Assembly (NCBI GenBank): GCA_030141605.1
Contig: JAQGDQ010000024.1
Location: 62,001 to 126,000, forward strand
Direction of reading: 5' to 3'
Length of the DNA stretch: 64,000 nucleotides
DNA from: Tubiluchus corallicola
Lineage: Eukaryota; Animalia; Priapulida
The translations under genes were made by a program, and so were the position numbers. The notes beneath the pieces were generated by a model, which worked only from the letters and a program-made list of their open reading frames with translations, did no database searches and had not been told where the DNA came from. This document shows, piece after piece, positions 39,788 to 57,300 of the stretch; the stretch's first letter is position 1, and each line of letters begins with the position of its first letter.

Positions 39788-42700
39788 TCATCACAGATAA
39801 ATTAGAATAACAATTTAACAAAAATGTTAAAGCAATTATAAAGCAAATATTATATCATGCAGTTACAGTTGTATGAAGGTAGATAATGTATAGTCAGTGA
39901 TATCAATATTAGGCATCGAGAACCTTAATAAGGATTTGATCATATGCTATCAGTCAAAAGCAGAAGGACATACGACTTCATTAGAGGGACTATTGCATAA
40001 TTTTATGGTTCTAATGAAAAAGCTATTTTGACAAACAACAGTGTTACAACGACTCAACGAGTGAGACATAACTGGCATTCATGTCCTGGAACTGCGAAGA
40101 GTGTTGCCACGAGAGAATATAAAGTAAATCTATCAGTAATATAACAAATGACTTAGCATGTAGGGCGAGTTACAGCATTTAGGTTGTTTTTAGAAGATAA
40201 CGTTGAATGGCATCGAGTTTGCATGGTACAGCGCCTTGACTCCCATTGCGATGGTCATGCGAATATTACAAGTGTGCGCTACGCCAGTATGAATTCTCAT
40301 TTACCAGAACACAAAATGTCAGATTACTGAAAGATCGACCGGCTTTTTCACAAAGATTTTATGAAATCTGAGTTTAATTAGTCGTGAGTTTTCTTTTGAT
40401 TTTCATCACTTGTTTCAGCCTTTTCATATGTTGGTAATGGTACGGTAACTTCGACTAGTGATATTTTAATTTTGTTTGCTGATAACCAGTTTCGTCTGTA
40501 AGATCTAGCTCCATCAGAGGTACTCGAAATGCAAATAAACAGTGTACATAAAAGGTCATGGTATAATGAAGTAGTTGAGACTGCAAAAAATATACCATAG
40601 ATGCTAATAAAGAAAGGGTGAAGGTCATGAAAAAGTCTGAATGGAAGAAAGAAATAAAGAATCAGATTGAATGTTGTATAAAGAGTGAATGTGCAGAAAA
40701 ATGCAGGAGCAGCACTAAATTAAGATTTTTAAGGCATACTGAGTGGAAACGACAAAATTACATAGACACATGCAAGCCAGAAGAGGTTAAAGATAAATAA
40801 AGACATTAAACTTGGAAAAGACAAATAAAAGAGCAGCGTTAAAGAAGTATAGACTTTGCACCCTATAAAGGTGCCCGCCTCTGATAGGTGGAGAGAGTCG
40901 AGTATCGCAATCGCAAATAGCTTGAAATCCAGTGTCTAAACACATTAATTAATTACTGCTGCGTGAGGATTAGCTAAACTATTTGATTTTTTCTTTTGAT
41001 ATTACATTGTGCTCAAGTATAACGTTTGAATTACTGAACGTGCAAATTTTTCTTTACTTTACTCTTTAATTAAGAATAAGAGTAAGACTAAGAGTCTAAG
41101 ACGGGCATGAGGCTTAGGGCTGAGACGGTTAGACTTTCAACTGTCATTAATGCCGTTTAAATGTCATTAATTCCTGATTACGTCATACATATAACAAAAT
41201 ATAATACTCATGACGAACTAATATGAAGAAATTTCCTAACTCTAACCCCATTATATAAACAGAGAAATTCACTCAACTTAGTACTTCTTCAGTACGTGAA
41301 TAAATTATGAACCCTTTTGAATGTTTGAAGAAGTTTTTGAATAACAAAATTCAATTTATAGAGAAATAAATGCAACGCAGTTACCCCCTCCGAATCATGC
41401 CATGTTTACTCGCATATCGTGGAATCACCACGTTCGCAAATTCCACCCCAAGTAAGCTATGCGGTTCAAATTTATCATGATCCAGCGAGAATGTCCAACG
41501 TGGTGGCATCCTCATAACATATGCGACCGAAAAACTTTTGCAATTTATTATGTAGATGCTTCTTAGGCAACCAGATTAATCGAAACAATGTTGTAAATAG
41601 TCCAATTTTATTTAAGCCGGACATTGCTAACTGCATACGCCATCTCAGAAAAGATACAAGGTTTCATTAACATACAGATTTGTAGAAAACTTGGCTAAGT
41701 AAAAGTTAAATGGTTAGTGATTTTCTAAACGGTTACACCAGTTAGCGGTCGATTAAACAGTTAACCATCTCAGCTGCATTGTGGCTCTGTTTTAAATATT
41801 GTAGTCAGTATGCATTTATTAGTAGTCACTGTATAGTTTGTTAAGAAAAGCAAATGTTTCAACTGCTGTTACATCACCTCAGAAGCAAAGTCATGGCAAC
41901 TGCTTATCGTTTACAAAAATCAATAAGTGGCGTAATTTTCACTTAGAGTAACTAAACTAAATGTTCCAGTGTACACGTGTGCAAACTTAACAGCCCTAGT
42001 TAAGAGCAATGAAAGTTCACTTACAAAAAAAGCAATCATAATATTTAAAGCACTGCAACGTATGCTGAATCTGACAGCTGTCTCCAGGAACTTTGAGGGC
42101 CTTTTGGCAAGCAGCACTACTGAATTGGATTATTGCAGTATATTAGTAACTATTTTATTCAGACAGCATCTTCTGTAATTTTTTGAAGTAATGAAAACCA
42201 CTGCCATCCATCAATCTACCACAATTTGATTCAGAATTTTTGTGAATCAAAGATTTGTATAAGATTTGATTTTCAGTTTACGTAAGAATCCAGGTTCAAA
42301 TTCGATTCACTTTCGAAAATTATTTTAAACTGAGATTCGGACTTTATCTGCATTCATTTAAATTATCGTCAAAAGAGATTCTGTAATTTCAATTTCCTGA
42401 CATCCCTAATAGAAGCTGTATTTTCTTTGTAAAAAGCGTGACACGACTAAATTGTTTAATTTTTCATTATTAAGTTTTTATTGTGGTAAGTCTGGTACTG
42501 TTAAACAATTTTGTGTTGGAATTTCCACGCTTTTAAGTACATGAGTGATTCCATTCATTCCCTTTTTGTGTAGGTTTTGTTCTAATTCAGCTGATACACA
42601 AATTAAAATTCTCTAAGAGAAAATTGTTTCCATGAAAACTACAACCTCACCCAATGCGAGAAGAACATCGACAGACACCCATATTGCTGGCAAATTACGT

Positions 42701-43201
42701 TTTGAAATATGTTATATGTGAATTCCATTTCTCTAAACGTGTGATCATACTTTTGCATTTTGCTTCTTACCCTGAGTGGCCATTAGTCTTGTTTGGAATA
42801 ATTTTTATAAAAAAGCTAACTTTGTGTGAAACAAAACCACAAAGAACTTATCAAGTACATCCAGCTGAAGTTGCTAAGTAGAAAGATGGTGTAACTGTGG
42901 ATAGGGGATGTGGTGTTTTCATGAATTTATGCACCATTTGAACATTCTATTGAAGGCTAATTTCCATAGTCAGTTTTAGTTACTATTTTTTTCAACTACA
43001 CAGCTTTTCGAGTTTGAAGTTAACTGTGCTTCTTGTGGCAGGTACAACACAAATTAAATAAACCATGTTGCAAACTATGCTAAAACCACGACAACCACGC
43101 TATCACAAGAATTATGGCATCAAAAGAAAACAGTTCATTTACGGCTTGCTTGCACCATCCGTAAAAATACAACATTTTATTTTTTGCTGCAATTTCTGTG
43201 A

Positions 43202-47272
<4,071 letters not shown>

Positions 47273-48344
47273 AGTCGCTGACACTGACAGGCACTATGTG
47301 TCGAGTAAAATAATGCATGTTATCGGCATGTTTTGATTGTTTGTAAGCTGTACTGTACATCGTACAATCACAATAGTAAAGGATTGATAACTCTGATATT
47401 ATTGTCAATGCGCTGCTCAATCACAAAAGCAACTGACAAGAAAACTCGTTCTTTTTTCCACAAAAATCGGGATATTTGTTTGTTTTCTAAGAATCATCCA
47501 AGCAAATTCCAGCAAGAAATTTGTAGTTATGCCTTAATATTTTTTTACATATATAGTACATGTTTAGTGGAGCAGTAAGCCTACAGATTATATAGTCGAG
47601 TACAAGATACGTTTACGTAAACAAAATGTTCTTGATAAAGATGATTGATTTTGAGTGAGTTATTAATTCACAAAAGATTAATTTAATAATTTTCTTTTAA
47701 TTCATTAACCTTCTGAGTGATATTATGGACCCTAACCTGTGTACACTTATCTGACTGTTTTGTTCGCATTTTGCAAAATTGAACACCTCATTATAGCGCC
47801 AAACTCGCTATAATGCCAACTTTTTTCTTGTTCCAAAGTGAGCGGTATAAAGAGGTTTGATTGTACATATAAAAATATTTAAATCACCACACAATATACA
47901 CGCATAAAATGCACATTGTTAAAAATGCAAAACAAATTAAGTTATTCTTATTTCCCACCAAACAAACTTTGCTGTGAGTATACTTGAAAAAAGACTGGTG
48001 GATAGGATAAAGGCACATGTATCAAAACTTCTACAGTTCACTCAAAAGTTCAGTCAACTCACTCATTTAATAGCTATTTCCAGCAGCAACAAGCTTTATT
48101 TCATAAAAATTGTACAAGTCAAGTTAGCATTGAGATGAAATGCATGACTTTAAAATTACTAATTATTAGAAATCTAAATATGATTCACCTAAATGTGATG
48201 CCCAGCTTTGAAAATCACTTGAACGACTGTGCAAAAAGTGAGCGAACTGTAATTTTGGCTTAAATATGTATTTTTAACAAAATGCCATTATTACAATTTT
48301 CATAGTGAGTGCCATTTTTTCCTTTTATCAAGCTCTTTCCTATG

Positions 48345-51300
48345 CTACCTCTCTACTTCCATGTTATCTCCAGCTTGTGTCACTGACAATGTCACATTGC
48401 TTCCAGTGTGCACACATGATTCTGTCTTTATATTGTCCTCATGCAAATTATTTTCACTTGGAATGTCTAAAGATGGTAAATCTGCATCACCATCTCTCGA
48501 CTGTTGTGTACCGCCAGTAGCAGCAGTTTCTCTGCTCACTACCTTCACTGGTAAAAGGTCACCCCAGTGGCTACGTTTAACACATTTATAGAGTTGCCTG
48601 AAACAAAAAGGGATTCCAAATCAATTTCATTGTGTGTTAGAACACTGATTTTAAATTTTTTGGCTCTATAGTACACTTCAAACTTCCTTACTATTGCTGT
48701 AATGAATCTTAACACGAAGATCATTGTCTGTTTCAAGACTTCGGCAAAACAATGCTTATGTTGCCTTTGCAAGATTGTTTACGGTAGCCACATCAAGAAT
48801 TTATAAAGCACTTGTATTGTATTTAGTCTAAATGCCTGCTGGACATTTTGCCTGCAATATATACTGCATCTACCAAAATTCTGTATAGCAAAGCATTTTA
48901 AACAGAAAAACAGTTTTATAACCAAAAAATTCTACTATCTACCTGTTTTTCTTGAACGTAAATGTGTATCGTTCTAGACTGCCACTAGGCGCACAAACGT
49001 CGCAATGGACATGTCTGTTACGAATGAGAGGTGGTCTTACAAAACGGGGCCACGGTTGATTCATGGTTATTTCTCCTTTCCGAAGCACAACATAACTATA
49101 CCGAAAACTGTCAGAATGAACTTCAGCATTTTTCTAGAACACAAAGGGCAAGCTTTTAATGTCAGAATGAAACTGAAGCATAGCAATTAAAAACCTTCGA
49201 TGCAAATACACAAACAAACTGGATACATCAAATGGCTGTAATTATTTGTGTAAAGCCGTAAAACCTCTCAGGTTTTGTAAAGTCAGTGAAACTACTCTCT
49301 CACCAAAACTGCTGTAGAGAACACAACTGTTGAGCATTAAGTTTCCGTACTATTAATAAGTACATTTATTGTTTCTGATGTCAAATAAAGTGTTACTCTG
49401 TCGTAAGTAATAACATAAGACACTTTTAATTTGTAACAAACAAACAAGTTCAAAATTTTGTTTTGTTACTGTTTGCTATGTATTAAAGATATTAAAAAGT
49501 ATGTTCTTCCATGAAATATACAGTTCTTATGCAATTAGGAAGCTACTTGTTGCGGTTAACTGAAAACGTTTAGTCCCAAATGTTCACAGTGTAGTACAAA
49601 CTGGATGAGAACGTGCTCTCTCTCCTTGATGTACTAACAGTCCAGCACAAAATACAGAAAGCAGACTTCATTATTACAATCTAAAGTGGAATCTTCAACA
49701 GAACAATTATGGTTATTATTATGTGCATAGACTACCTTAACATGCCCAAGAAGTGACTGATTTGTGTTCTAAACAAAGCTGCATTGTGGGAACACACATT
49801 AACAAAGGTGATGTCTTTTGAAGTCTACACTATTATTTGCAGAAGTTATTTAGAACACTGCAAATTTCTTTACTGAAATAACATGGTCCATGTAGAACTT
49901 TATCAGTGCTAGGCTAAGTAAATAGCAATTTTTATCATACTAGAATATTGATAAAGCCAAATTTGGCTTACCTTCATCAGAGATATGGGTCGATAATAAG
50001 CTTCAAAATTGCAGGGTGTTTTATCACATTTGACTTGTCGTGGACATACTTTGTTATGAGGGCACTAGACAAAAAACAAAGCTATTTTTATTCAGTTAAA
50101 CACAAGAGCTGATACTCAACGGCAATGTCTAGTTGATGTAGATGATTGTAGAAAAACTGCTATTATCAACAACAATTATAGGACTCTATAATATCTTGTA
50201 AGTCACAAAACCATAGTACAGTAGGCACCGCTTAATAGACTCACTTTGGGACCGAAGTGTTTTGACCCAATTAACTGACTGAACCTATTAACCGAAGGGT
50301 GTAGTATTACTGGTATAGAAATATGAGTCATCAGCTTAGTATGCACTGCAAAGGTTTTTAATGAATTTTAGAAATGCAGTAATGCCTAAATTCCTTTGTG
50401 CAGTTAAAATTTTTTAAAAAATATTTTAAAATAAAAGATTAATTTATATAAATGAATTAACAATAAATTAAAAAGTATACTTTTCTAAATCACACAAGTC
50501 TGTTTATTTGCAAAAATGACATAAAATTCCTTCAAAGTCAGCTGCTTCATTTTGTTGCGAAGAAGTAGGCTCACCAAGTTCTCATTATAAAAACGTTGAA
50601 AATCTGTTGCTGTGTGATGCACTTATTCTCGTAAAACATTTAATGCTTGGCGTGCTTGATCTGCATTTTTCAAATTTCTTAACTCTATGCTGTTATTTGC
50701 TGTATGATGTTTACTCTTGTAAGTCACAAGGAATACTGGCTGATTACTGTACCTGCATCTTTAATTGTTAACTGATTAAGCGTGAAAGCATGATTTGCAA
50801 CGAGAGCTTCAAAAGGAAACCGCTAGACAAGTGATTAAGTGTTTAGCATCAAGAAATTCTTGGGTAACAAGGTTAATTGCAGTGGGCAAGCGGGTAACAC
50901 ATTCAATGCAAAACCCCTATGCTATCGTAATAGCGCATGATAAACGTACCCGCTTACAAACAAAACGGTACTTAACATAATTGTTTCTACATATATCATA
51001 GTGCACAAAAGCCAAGCATAGAGGACATAAAAGTAAGATGGGCTCTTTGGGCACATACAAATATCTTGTTTTAAGTACATGAAGGAAAAATGTTGAGTCA
51101 ATTATGCAGAGTTATTTGAGTCAATTACCGACAGTTTTTATGTACATCTGAACAGAAGTGGCCTGTACCAACTGTTTTTGAGTCAGTTAAGCGATTGAGT
51201 CAATTAACTGTGAGTCTATTAAACGGCGCCTACTGTATATGGAGGAACAACAAGTTTCATACACAGTGGAACAAGATACATAGCAGCAACAAGTATGATA

Positions 51301-54300
51301 CAAATTTTGTACACAACAGATTACAAATATAAGATTGTAACATCAAACAAATACTGAACAAGAGTTCATACAAACAAAGATGTGTAAAGAAGATCTTGTT
51401 TAGGTTAGTAACAATTTTTTGAATTTCATGAAATAAAAGCACATGCCAACTGTGGAAAAATGATTCCTGCAATGTACATGCTGCAATGCATGTAAAAACA
51501 CATATAATAAATATCAAAGTGTGGTACTGCTATATTATATTCAAAAGTCCCAATTTATAAATTTACATACCGGAGCAAACACGTGACCTCTCAGTTCTCC
51601 TCTTTTGTCGATTAGCTAAAAAAATGGTTGCTGTATTAAAACTTGTTTCTCGATTTTTGCTTTGTTTATGGAATGCAGCATATAATCTTGTAAAAGTCAC
51701 TTTTGGTCATGATTTGCTTAAAAAAATAATAATTTTGGATTTGTGCTATTACTAATAGATAGTCTTTAAATTACAAACTCTTTATAAATAACTTATTAAT
51801 TATCAAGCGATCTTCTGAGGATTTAACTACTTGCAAAAAAACAATTTAGTTAGTGATAGCACTAGAAATAAAGCAAACTCCCTCTTCAAAAAGCTTGGAT
51901 CAATTAGTAAACTATTATGACAGAACTAAGCCCACAAAAGGGATAAAAGACACTGAACTTGAATTCTAAATAATTCAAATCTAGATTTTGATTGAAAAAT
52001 CATCATAGATGGTTCGTTCCATCAATACATACTGACGAACAAATTGCTCTCTATACTTAAAAACGAACAATTTTTGTAGTGTTCGCCATAAAATTATCAT
52101 TTATTTTTTGCTACATATTTAATACAAAATTATATGTTTGAATAAATTATTAAGTGAAATGTGAACTTTCTTGTAAAGTGGCAAGGAAGAATCAGAGGCC
52201 CTGGTTAATCATACATTAACTGCACTCTTGTTCTATAATAGTTATAGAAGTTAAATTACATTACTGATAATCAAAACCTAAAAAACAATGCAATGTAATA
52301 CCTTAAGCACAGTGTCGCGAGCTTCTGCAATTAAATCAAAGCCAGCTTTTGTACCATTCTCTACCAAAACCTATATAAAATAAAAAGAATTATTTGGGAA
52401 TTTTGGTTCATTCACATTTTTCTTTCTTCCCCACTATAGAAGAAAAATCGATAATGTATTCTTACCAAATTTCAAAAACAAGAATGAAATACAGTGCAGG
52501 TTAATATACAAAAATCAGCACTATAACGGGAACTATAATGAAAAAATCAAAAGTGCTCCAGTTCACAGGACACACTGACTTGCTAATAGTTCAAAAGTTA
52601 ATCAACTGCATATGCTACTTTATTATGTCAAAACTCAAAGACAAACCCTCACACTTTCTAGCGCAAATCATCTTTTCTTACTTTCAAGTCCAAATTTGAA
52701 ATTTTTACACCTTTCCAATAAAATGTACAATAGCAGATGAATATATTATCAGCTTTAGGCAAACTTTAAATAAAATTAAAAATATGTGGTGTAAGAGTGT
52801 GTACCTAGACAAGATATTAAGATGAGGCACTGAACTGGCATTGGCATCTCAGGCACATTCAAATATACATACATGCTTCCTCAATGATGTAAAAAAAACT
52901 ATATGGCACAAGAAACACCCAGAAAGAGTATTGAACCTGGCAGTCACCCCACTCACTGACCAGACCAGCATTACTTATTTTTGGTTCCTAAGCACGCACA
53001 GGCTATTCGCCTCTCTTGTATAAGTCACAACTCAGTGCACAATTAAAGTCTAAATAACACTGGCTTTTCTAAGGGATCATAATCACCACGATGTGCCTCA
53101 AAGTAGTATTTTCTTAGTAGTATGATGTTTTCTAGAAACATAGTCGATGCAACAAAATACAGCAATTACATTGCATTTATTATTAACACATTACACTGTA
53201 ACATTAAAATAATAATAAAAGCATCAAAGTATTGAATAAGTTTTGCAGTTTATAAAACTGTAATGTAATTAACCATGAAGCTCGCACTAATCATTTGAAA
53301 AACACTCTTTTGTAACAGAAGAGAAAAGAAAAAAGCTAAATAATATTGATTTTATTACTTGATTTTATTAAAAGATTATTTGCTTGTAAGTATTGGGAGG
53401 AATAGCTGATGCAGCAACAAAGGTTAATCAATAAGCAATACTGGACCTGGCTAGATAATGAAAGGGTGACCACAAAAATCACTTTTGAGCAATTTCATCT
53501 ACCATTCTCCCTCTAACCAGTTCTCTTGTTGAAGAAAGATCCAAAAAGTAAGACATATCTTTAACAACTAGCAAAATTTAGGTTCTACCACAACTGTCAA
53601 CATAATAAGTAGGACCTGATAATGAGCACTGGATAGCAGCTTAATTAGAGTTTGGTAAAGTGTATAACGAATATCAAATGGAATTGGCAAGCCCTCAATC
53701 TTGTTTGGGTTAGAAATAGACGGCACAAACACAGTGATAATAAGAAATAAAATTATTTACCAGAAAACCTAGTGTTTTGCGCCACAGTAGTTTTATCAAG
53801 TCACACCGTTCTTCTTTGCTGGGTAGCTCTATTAGTGTAAATGCACTTACGACAAGATTGTACTTCTCCTAAAAAACAATACAAATGTACTAGAGATAAA
53901 TTGTAAATTCTAACAGTAAAAACAACATAACAAATAAGCATCGAGTGCAATGATGCTAATAAGCTTGCTATAACAATATCAACCTGTAAAAAATAGTCGT
54001 GAGAGTTTACAAACTGCTAATTTATAATCTTCAAGCAATGGAGTGGCATACCTACCTGGCCTTGAAGTCAAACAAGTATCGTGGTCTGCACTTAAATAAC
54101 CATAACATTTTTACATCCATATTATTCAGGACAGCTTTCAAACTAAAATTTAAACATTTTCACCCGTAAAACAACAGAGCATATGTGTCTATTGGCAACT
54201 ATTGTTAAACTAATTGTGTTGTGTACTTTTGCTTCATTTTTACTATGAGCAACTTGATGAAGTTTTGAAATATGACTGCAACATAAAAATTTTTAAAAAG

Positions 54301-57300
54301 TATAAATTGATATTGGCATACAAATACCGTATTTTCCCATGTATAAGAGACCCTTTTTTGCTCAGAATTTTCACTTTAAAAATAGGGGGTCTCTTATACA
54401 TGGGAGTAAGTCTTTTCAATAAGATGCATAAATTGTGACACTAATGATTTTAAAGAAATAAGTGCTCTACAACTGTTTTATTTCGAATAATTATAGTTTC
54501 CTTTCAATAAATCTTCTCCATGGCTAAATTCTAATGATAAAATTAATGTACCGGGTAAGTTATTATTTTTTTAAATGTCTCTTTGGTATTGGAGAGAAAT
54601 CGATTGTTCTGCAGCCAATCAACGCATCTGCATAAGCTCTCTGCATGCCCGTCGACGTCATTGATACGTCGGCAGAGGTCAACGAGATGAGTCAGCCTAA
54701 GCAAGGCGTGTCGCGTTCGACTATGAAGCGGTTGTAAGCAATACAAGCATCGTGACACAGGCATTATCTCCTCGTTTTCTCTTTTCCTGTTACAGGTTTG
54801 CAGGTACGCACGTTGATGTTTTTGATGAGAGTGATGAGGAATTTAATGATTTCTATGATGAATAAAGTTATTCATTACCAAAAAACTTTTTTCCAGAATT
54901 TTTGCCTAAAAATTGAAGGGGTCTCTTATACACAAGGGTCTCTTATACATGGGAAAATACGGTATAAAAGTTAAAACTGCTTGCTACTAGGTTGGGAAAG
55001 AAAAGTTTTGTGGTAAGAAACATTAATAAACCACTATAACGGTATCACGTCCAGAAGATAGCGCTTCCACTGAGCTAAACATACCTTATCAGATAACGGT
55101 GTCATTTGCCGAAAGAACATTCCTTTGAAGCAAGTTTCTATTTTGCTTTCATCACCATTTTGTACTAAAAGCCGAGCTAAAGAGTTCATGTCAGCAGAGT
55201 GATCAATACAGTAATGTTCACTGACAGTATCAGGCCAGATAGTGTTAGCTGCCCTAAAAAAGTCATATTTTACAGGACAGTACGGTTAGAAATGTTCTGC
55301 ACTTTGAAATAAATGCTATAACAAGTGCACAATTAATAACAGACATTTCATTGCATAATTGCAGTAAAAATGTCTATAACAACTTGGGCACTTGTTACTG
55401 ATTAACAAAATGGTATGTACACGTTGTTTTTGTACATAATTTTTTATCTAAACATGTTTATTTAGTTTAGTACCTGAAGAGCAGATGCCATAAGACCAAA
55501 AGATTTCATAATATGGCATATATTGGTAGGGGTCTACTGTAAATAATTGCATTGATTATCAACATCGCTGTCATGGCCACGATCATTGTAATCAACATTA
55601 TGATAATCATCAATGTCCTTATCATTATTATGAATGTCAACTTTATCATCTTCGTTATTGTTGCCATCACCTTAACCAGAATGAATTTTCATGATTGTGA
55701 ACAACAATAGCAACAATTATAAAAACAAAATGAGCAACATTAACAACAAGAAGGATAAAGACAGCACAAGTAGTAGCAATAGCAGCAGCAACAGACACAG
55801 CAATTACAATGACAATGTCAATGACAACAAAACAGATACAATAAAGCTTCAACTAAATATTGCTTCTATAAGCATATTTAATTTTAACATATTAAAATTC
55901 TCAAGTATTTCAATGTAATGGCAAACATATATAAAAAATTATATAGAAGATGCAACAACAGGCCCTTTACACAATACGAGTTTTCATTAAAATGTGTAAT
56001 AACAAAATGTAATCATGAACATTTCATCTGTGTTGACATAATCATAAATTGCTAAATTATTCATCACTGCTAATGAATAATGGGAAATAAATACCTCCAC
56101 ATCTTTGTTTGAAAGTAAATATCTTTAGATAAATTACAATACTAAATGAAAAAAGTTCTTCAAGTTAATTTATGGGCTAAACCTAATTCCTAGTACAACC
56201 ACTTAGAGGGGGTAAAACCATGATTAATATGATTTAGTGAGGTGATTTATGCGGTGAACATTTGCCTTTTTCCAAGGGAGTAAAATCAAAAAGTGCACAT
56301 ACCAACATACAGAACCAAGCCCAGATCCAAAGTCAAGCAAACTGGTAGGGCGAAAACTGACTTCTCTGTACTTTATTTCCGCAAATATTTTATGTAAAAC
56401 AGCATAATCAACAGCCAGCCTGCTTAGCATGTATAGCATGCCCTTGTGCATGTTGTAACTGTAAAAAATATTTAAAACAGCATAGAATTTGTGATAAAGT
56501 TACTAAATTGACATACTTTGCCATCTGGGAAGAAGCAAAATTCATTAATATCAACAAAACTATCCATAAATATGAAATTATTCATAAGCACTTCCGTTGC
56601 ATTAATTTATTCTTACGTTACAGGTTCCCAGTGGTAGACATTAGAACGAAGTATGTTTAGAATCTTTCCTTTGCGAAGACTTAAAACATCTTGAGTTTCT
56701 GTTTCATCCAATTGTGTAACATCAATGCCATCTAAAGCAAATACAGTGTTGAGATAATAAGAGTATTTGATTGATTGGAATAGTCTCACATTAAACAAAG
56801 AACAGAAGCCCACATTAACGTATTTTAACATTATTCGTGATGGGAAGTATTACAGAATTAGTGACCTGAAAGGAACAAATCTGTCTATCCCTGAACTAGA
56901 TTTATATTTTTTTATTACTTATTGGGATTGGATTTGCCAATAATGACACAGAGGATGTATTAGAGTTTAGGTGAACTTTGTCAAAGCAAAGCTTGTACAA
57001 TATTTACTCGCTATCTTTCCAAATGTACATAATTGAGCAGAATCAATCAGCAGTTATTTAAATACAATTCAGCATTCTGCAAGATGGACATATTGGATGG
57101 TGATTGTTAATCCGTGACAGGCAGCAAAGTAGGGCAGATTGCTAGTTAAAGGGTTTAAAATAACCCTTTATTCAAGAATTATGGATGAGCTTGGATGAGC
57201 TTCATTCAAGAATTATTATCTAATAAACAACAGCTTCATTGGGCTATATCTTAAATAAATGTTTCCAGTTGTTTGTTATATTACCTTCTTCCTCAACTTG

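Noticed and set aside
40618-40800. Lys/Glu-rich 60-aa ORF
   Set aside because: Looks like a LINE-derived remnant but is too short to classify; no gene context.
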